Positions 58,062-64,000 of a stretch of DNA of 64,000 nt are shown here, piece by piece. The notes below the pieces were generated by a model. The model searched no databases. It saw only the letters and a program-made list of their open reading frames with translations, and was not told the DNA's origin. Location of the stretch: positions 2,604,001-2,668,000 of the forward strand of contig SMSO01000034.1 of assembly GCA_004764695.1 (NCBI GenBank), given 5' to 3'. The translations under genes were made by a program, and so were the position numbers. This DNA is from Schizochytrium sp. TIO01 (taxonomy: Eukaryota; Protista; Bigyra: Labyrinthulomycetes). The first letter of the stretch is position 1. Each line of letters starts with the position of its first letter.

Positions 58062-60132
58062 CTAATGTACAGAAGATTGCATTTGAAATTTGCTTTCCAA
58101 GTGCATGAGGACTTGGTGTAACCCAATTCGTGCAGGACTAGCCTGTTGATGAGATAGGAAATCCTCATGATACTTATTATGCAACAACGAAGGATATACT
58201 GGACGCCATCCGCCAAGATGTCTTCGCTCTTTATAGTATTGTATTAAATACTTCCACTCAACTGAAGTTAAGCTACTAAGAGTCGAGATGGCACAACCCT
58301 TTAGGTCCATCCAAAGAGATGAGCTAACGGGTTCTTCGTTTGCGTAAAACATTCTGATCTGATCATGGATCATACGGAGTTTAGTCTGGCTATAATGGTC
58401 ATCGGTATCCTGAGAGAGCTGCAAGCTAGGTTGAGCGTTGACTTCAACAACACGAGGTCGAAGATCTCGATCTACCAACAGGTCCAGACCTAATATTTGA
58501 TAACAGTTCGAGCACATTGGTTGATTGTTTCTGGTATGCCATTGTTGCCAACCATACTCACCACTTAGCATAACGACTGATATAACCCGATCTACTTCTT
58601 CAAACAGTTTATTTGCGCTTTCGCCTTGCGAATTAAGGTGAGCTTGCAGCTCTTGAAATGACCACGTAATACTTGTCACGTTGTGCCCAACGTATTTGCG
58701 ATTTACCTTCGTATTTGTTAGGACTTGATTTTTCTTTCGTGCGTCTTGCTCATACACACCAGAGGCAAAACGAACAATGCCTCGAGAAAACGTATATGCA
58801 CGCATAGGAACTGTAGATGTTACGAGAACAAACGCTCGAATATCCCACTTGTGTTGTTGAATTAGGTATGGTTCTGCAAGATAAGGCTGGACGATGCGCG
58901 GTAATGTACGAATCTTGGCGAGATCTCTACTTGTTTCTAAAACATAGATTCCCGAACCACCTGATTTAAACAGGGGTTTTGTAATCAGTGCCTGGTCCCC
59001 GTGAGCTGAAGCATACTCTAGCGCTGCGGGGTACTCCTGAGGCAAGACCCAACAAGGAAATGAAACATCTGAGAATCGTGGGTCGTTTCGAGTTGCATTT
59101 TTCAATGTTCCACAGAAGCTATCTTTACTCCATAGTACCTCGCGTAACCCTGGGACTCGGTTTAAACTTTGATACTGCTTGAGATGTGCTGGCCAGTTGA
59201 GCTGAAGGCAGTGCTCCTGTGGCGCTATACATAGTAGGATTGCATGCGGTGCCTTTTCAAGGTCTTTGTTTGTTAAATAGCCATCCACTTTGATTCGTTC
59301 AATGTTCCACCCATATCGCAATAAGCTTGCCAAGTACCAGTCTCCATCCCGAGTAATAAGCTTATTTGCACCCCAAAGAAGAACCTGGCGAGTACTTCCA
59401 CTATATGACTGATACGAAAGAGACCTTTCAATACGTTGGAAGCAAAGCGTCGTAATTTTGACGATCCCAAGACTGGTTATACTGAACGGCTTGTTGCAAA
59501 CGTTTTACATCATGCTTTTCTTCAGGCTCGAGCTCAAGAACAAGCTCGGTTTCCTTTGACAGTGCTGAATCTAACAACTCTGTCTTTCCATTATTGTTTG
59601 ATATTGGTGTGATAGCTTCACTCTGAATTTGTTTTCGTAACTTTGGATTTGCCTGAGCTGTCTCCATGTGCCAAACTTCACGGTGGACAATCTGTATTGT
59701 TTCTTCGTTGGAACCCTCAAGCTTGCCTATCAAACCACCTTCTGCGGTCAGAACGATCTTTGCTGCTGACTTTTGAGGTTGTTCCCTTTCCTGTGATGTT
59801 ACACTGGAGCCCCCTGAGGTTTGCTTTTCTCTTTGGTCGATTATACTTTCTAGGCCTTGTGGGTTTTCCAAATACAAGTCCAATTCTGCCATGAATTGCT
59901 GCAGGCGCGTTGATGAAGAGTCATTTGTCTGTCTGGTTTCCACCTGTCGAAGCTCTTTGCGAGGACAGTCTGGGCACTGACCCCGTCGCGCATTTTTCTC
60001 GCTTAAACTTAGGAGTAGAGCACCCATGTTCAAGGTTGCCACAATGATCAAAACTAGAGACAAGCCTCCAATGCGAGTTCTCCGCAGGTGCATGAGGAGC
60101 GAGCCCTTGCCCTTCTCTTTGAACTTTAACAT
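58062..60132 (-). CDS. Membrane-anchored tubulin-tyrosine-ligase-like ATP-grasp protein, split across two frames near 59439
   Basis: TTL motifs LITKP..SGGSGIYV, IVQPYLAEPYLI..HKWDIRAFVLV, GIVRFA, LTN, CYQILGLDLLVD..LRPRVVEVNAQPS. The upstream ORF (ATG 60132) supplies a signal-anchor TM and stem. The downstream frame is open upstream past 59438 and overlaps the stop of the upstream ORF. Confidence 0.85.
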
Positions 60133-63100
60133 TCTGTAAAGCAATGAGAAGGACTAGTCAGGAACCTCTGGATTGAGCTGCCTTTTATAACCCGGGGAGG
60201 ACTTCGAAAGTCTTCTGCGTTGAAAAATGGTCGTGAACAAGGCCCCTAGGCCGGGTTTTGCTTGTGCGCTTTTCCTTTGACTTTATTGGCAAGGCAACCC
60301 AGGTATTCACACACGGCGGTCTGCTTTGACAGCTCGACACACCACCAGGGTCGCAAGCTCGCTCGCCCGAGCCCACGTTTATTTGCAAAGAGCGACTGCA
60401 CACGCGATGCAGGGCAGAGACTTGCGACGTAAGAACTTATGATCGTCAAGAATCGGTTTTGGTCTGCTGAAAATGCAAGTGTTTCGAGGCCAGAACTACG
60501 AGGGTTTATAAAGTCATAAAAAAAACAAAGAAGTAAAAAACCCAAAAGTGGACAATCACTATAGTGCAAGATTCGTTGCCCCAAGAGGGAATCAAACCAC
60601 CAGTGGCAGCTGCAGCAGTTGTACAAACACTAGTGGCGGGTGCAAGTCTCGTATACGCTGCAGTGTCGCTACCTCCTCGGCGGCCAATACGGCGACGAGA
60701 GCGACGGCGCTTTGAGTGGAGCGAGTGCTTTTCGTTTATGAGAGGGCTCCCACAACTTTTTACCTTCACTACTATTACTATTCAAGTTGTTATTCTTTTT
60801 AATAAAACAAATAAATCAATAAAAATCAATAAACCCTTCTTCTTTCCTATTCCACTTTCAGTGGCCTTGGGGCTCTGGTGTGATCCTGATCATAGTTGCC
60901 AGTACTGACTGACTGACTGACTGAGCGAGTGCCTGTCGCGCATCCCTCTGTGCTGACGGCCCAAAGGCTCTCAAAGATGCATGAAAACCTACCAACGATT
61001 TCCCTGATGAATCCCTAATTTGATCGGAAATTCATGGAGGAGGAAGAGGCTGCTCGTTTACTGTGGGTGCGTGTAGTGTAAGTAAGAATGTCACCAGGTT
61101 ACAAACCAACCAACACAGTAGCAGCAATAGGAAGAGGACCACCTACGCACGCTCAGCATTTATTTCTCTCTAACTCGCAAAAACAGCGAAAGGGCACAGC
61201 GCATGAGTATAGGCAGGGTATGGCCTTGTTCCGGTTCTCCACTGCGAGGACTACCAAGCAGATAAACTAACTAACAAACAAATAAACAAACAAACAGCGC
61301 GTTGAAGAGCCCTGCGTACACCTTGCTCAGGTCGAGGGAGGCGAGGCTTGGCTTGGCTTGCGCTGCATTCGCATCGATCGATTCGTCGATTTCTTGCAAA
61401 AAGTACATCTGCAGACAGCTTTTGTTTAATTTTACATTTTAGTTTTATGTTTTAAAAAATACTATGAGAAAATTACGAAGGCTTTATAAAAATCGAGGAA
61501 TTGAAAGAAACAATGTGGCGCCCCAAAGCTTAAAGGCACTTACTTTGTGTGAATATATATATATATATATATATCTGTCAAGTGTCGTAGAAGTAAAACG
61601 CCGACCCACTCGAAGACGGCCCGGATCTTATACACTCGTGTGCTCTGCGGCAGCTGCTGCTACGCCCTCTTCTGCGGAGGGAAGCCTTAAGTTCTGGCGG
61701 GGCTGTAGTTCTCCAGGGCGCTTCGAGCTCGAGCTTCTGCGTGGAGGTTTGGACGAGGTTTCTTTGCAATTAATTGATTCTGTCGTAGTCCTACCTATGA
61801 TCGTACATCAAGTTCTGTCGATCTCTTAGTTCGAAGCGTACACGATTGATCGATTGTCTTCGTTTTGATAGCCCACCAAATAAAACGAAGCTGAAGCGAA
61901 TCATTTAAATGAAAATGAAAAGAACTGAAAGAAATAGTAAACAAAGAAAGCCACAGAGAAAAGGGAAAGAAATTGGCACGTACGATAAATAGCGAAGAAA
62001 TGAGCAGAAGCAGAGAAATCGAGAGCACGATCTGCGCCAAGTCCCAATGCAGCAGGATTCCATGCCCCCGCCTGGTTCAGACAGCGCCGACTCCGGAATG
62101 GGAGGCGTTTTGCTCCTCGGCGACTTGACGAGCGGGTCGGTCCTCTCTGAATGAGCTCCAGGGAGGCAAAGCAACCCGGTCGAAGGAGGTGCCCGTAGGC
62201 TGAGGACTTCTTCTTATGCTTCTCCGCATCGTGAGACCATGGCACTGACAACCTCCATCCACACGAACCGGGTTGACCGCAGCGGGTCGCAGCGAAGGCG
62301 CTCTCGGTTCGAGCCAGAAGGCTTGGCAGAGCAGCCAGCGGTGGAGACCGGGGTCCTCGCCGGGGCTGAAGCATCTTCCTCGTGCGAGAACATCATTGTG
62401 CAAACTGGAGCTCCTACTTTTATGCCTCTCGCAGTCGATTCAAAGTTTCATTATTTTGATTGTGGAAATAGAGAGGAAAGAATCCATGGAAAGAAAGGAA
62501 GAATCGAGTGCGAAGATCTCGGCGCTAGACGCACATTAGGCACGGCTAGGCACCACATAAAGTTGCTGTTTGTGTGCTGCGAATTGGATTCAAGAACGTC
62601 AGGGATTGATTGCACAGTTGAGAAGAGTGCTTACGAGACGAGTACAACGCTCGCACAATGGCGATGATGCCAACGTTGGCTAGAGCCGAAACGAGTCCAG
62701 ATGCTGTATGGGCTTGCGAGAGGGAGAAAACGAGACAGCCGAGACAACCGAGACAGCCATGGAGGAAGCTTTGATTTGTGTATAAAAGTGAGTTTGTGTT
62801 TGTTGTAAAGGTGAAAAATATTAAAGCCGTGAATTAGTGGAGAGGAGAATGAGATTGGAGGTGACGGAGGAAGATGAAGTAGCTAAGCTCGAAAGAGTAC
62901 GCGCAAGCTCAACCAGCGTGTCGAGCCCATAACTTATGCATTTATGCATGACGGTGACGATCTTGGTCTACAAAATCTACCTCCTGCTCTATCGAAAGTA
63001 GGTATCTCTTCATTTCGTGGAGCGCCGCTCTTGGGCTCGCAAGATTTGCAAGAACGCACAGGACCTCTGAGTCAAACAAATGAATAAGCTTGAAGAAAAG

Positions 63101-64000
63101 TAGAAGGTACCTACTGATTCGACGACCATGAATCTGAACCAAACGTGGCCTTAGGAATTTGATTATTGAAAACGGACAGGACACCGATGACTGCAAAAGT
63201 CTGAGCAACTTCATCTTGGAGTGCTTTAGCGAGTATATTCTAAAGTAATCTAGATTAACTAGCCAGACATGCCTATTTGTGTTTTACAATCGCTCTTTGA
63301 AACCACAAAAGTGAATCTGCAGTCCTCAAAGTTCAGTTCTGAGAGTTTACAACCCTCAGGCGGCTCGACTTTTCAGTATCAGGGTTTGGTTGATGAAGCG
63401 CATACCTATCTAACTTCCTATTATAAAAAAATAAAAATAAAAATGAGAAAAGGAATATAACATCGGGCACCTAAAGCTCCTTGAACAAGGTTCTACTAAT
63501 AAATGACTTTTGTATTTCGTTTGTTCGTTTGTTCGTTCTTTTTCTCTTCAAGTTGTCTTGTTCAACTGTTTTTGTTCTCTGAAGTGCTGCTACCTAGGTA
63601 TGACTTAGTTGAAAGGATGTTGCGAATTCTACAAGATCAAAGTTGCTCCTCTTCGAAAGTGATATAACAAAGTGCACGCATGGGTCGCATGCCCATCGGC
63701 CAAACGCTCAGTCGAATCTCGGTGTACAAGTGTGCAAATCAGTATAGATTACTTTTAAGAAGAAGAAAACACACGAACAAAGCTGTTCGTTCTACGGGAT
63801 TGCATTGTGTCATCGTGGAAATCAAGCGAAGAAGCCTGACTTTTTGGTTTCAAAACGAAGTAAGGAAATAGTCAAGCGATTCTTTAAAAATTGCCTCATC
63901 CTCAGCAATAGCAGCAGCTAAAACAAAATAAGAATGAGGTTTGTACGAAACAGTAGATTTTCCTCTGCAAAGAAGATACATCATTGGCAACTTCAACTGT

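Larger units (their letters stand above)
46560..58657 (+). repeat. Segmental duplication copy B; left limit approximate
   Basis: Collinear with 33930-45123 apart from indels and one inversion. Confidence 0.93.

Noticed and set aside
62914-62940. tRNAi-Met-like sequence (AGCGTGTCGAGCCCATAAC)
   Set aside because: The anticodon stem does not pair fully and there is no T-arm or acceptor stem. At most it is a degenerate PBS, with no supporting LTR or gag.
60185-64000. Short ORFs at the right end of the window
   Set aside because: No motifs, overlapping on both strands, and low-complexity context.

Overview
Eukaryotic genomic DNA with low gene density, mostly intron-free genes and many microsatellites. 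Gene content and style suggest a stramenopile protist, probably a thraustochytrid/labyrinthulomycete (inference, not proven). The left third holds mostly intact genes: two head-to-head paralogues of a receptor with four tandem Cache-like sensor repeats, an EGF-like stalk and a class C (7tm_3) GPCR domain (the first is cut by the window edge and missed by the ORF track), a 2-TM protein, a protein with a lone RBR-type RING2 finger, a flavin monooxygenase, a MORN+TIR protein and a Crinkler-type kinase. The middle is largely decayed sequence, apparently including LRR-like pseudogenes, with a ~400-bp module repeated in both orientations. The right half is an old ~11-12 kb tandem segmental duplication (about 33.9-45.1 kb and 46.6-58.7 kb), each copy carrying an intact AP2-domain gene. 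The copies differ by a ~0.5 kb inversion. Their last ~1.1 kb is ~99% identical and is fused to a truncated Copia-like retrotransposon lying at the junction. A membrane-anchored TTL-like ATP-grasp ligase gene, split by a single +1 frame discontinuity, overlaps the end of copy B. No rRNA, tRNA or CRISPR features were found. All alignments and identity figures were estimated by eye.
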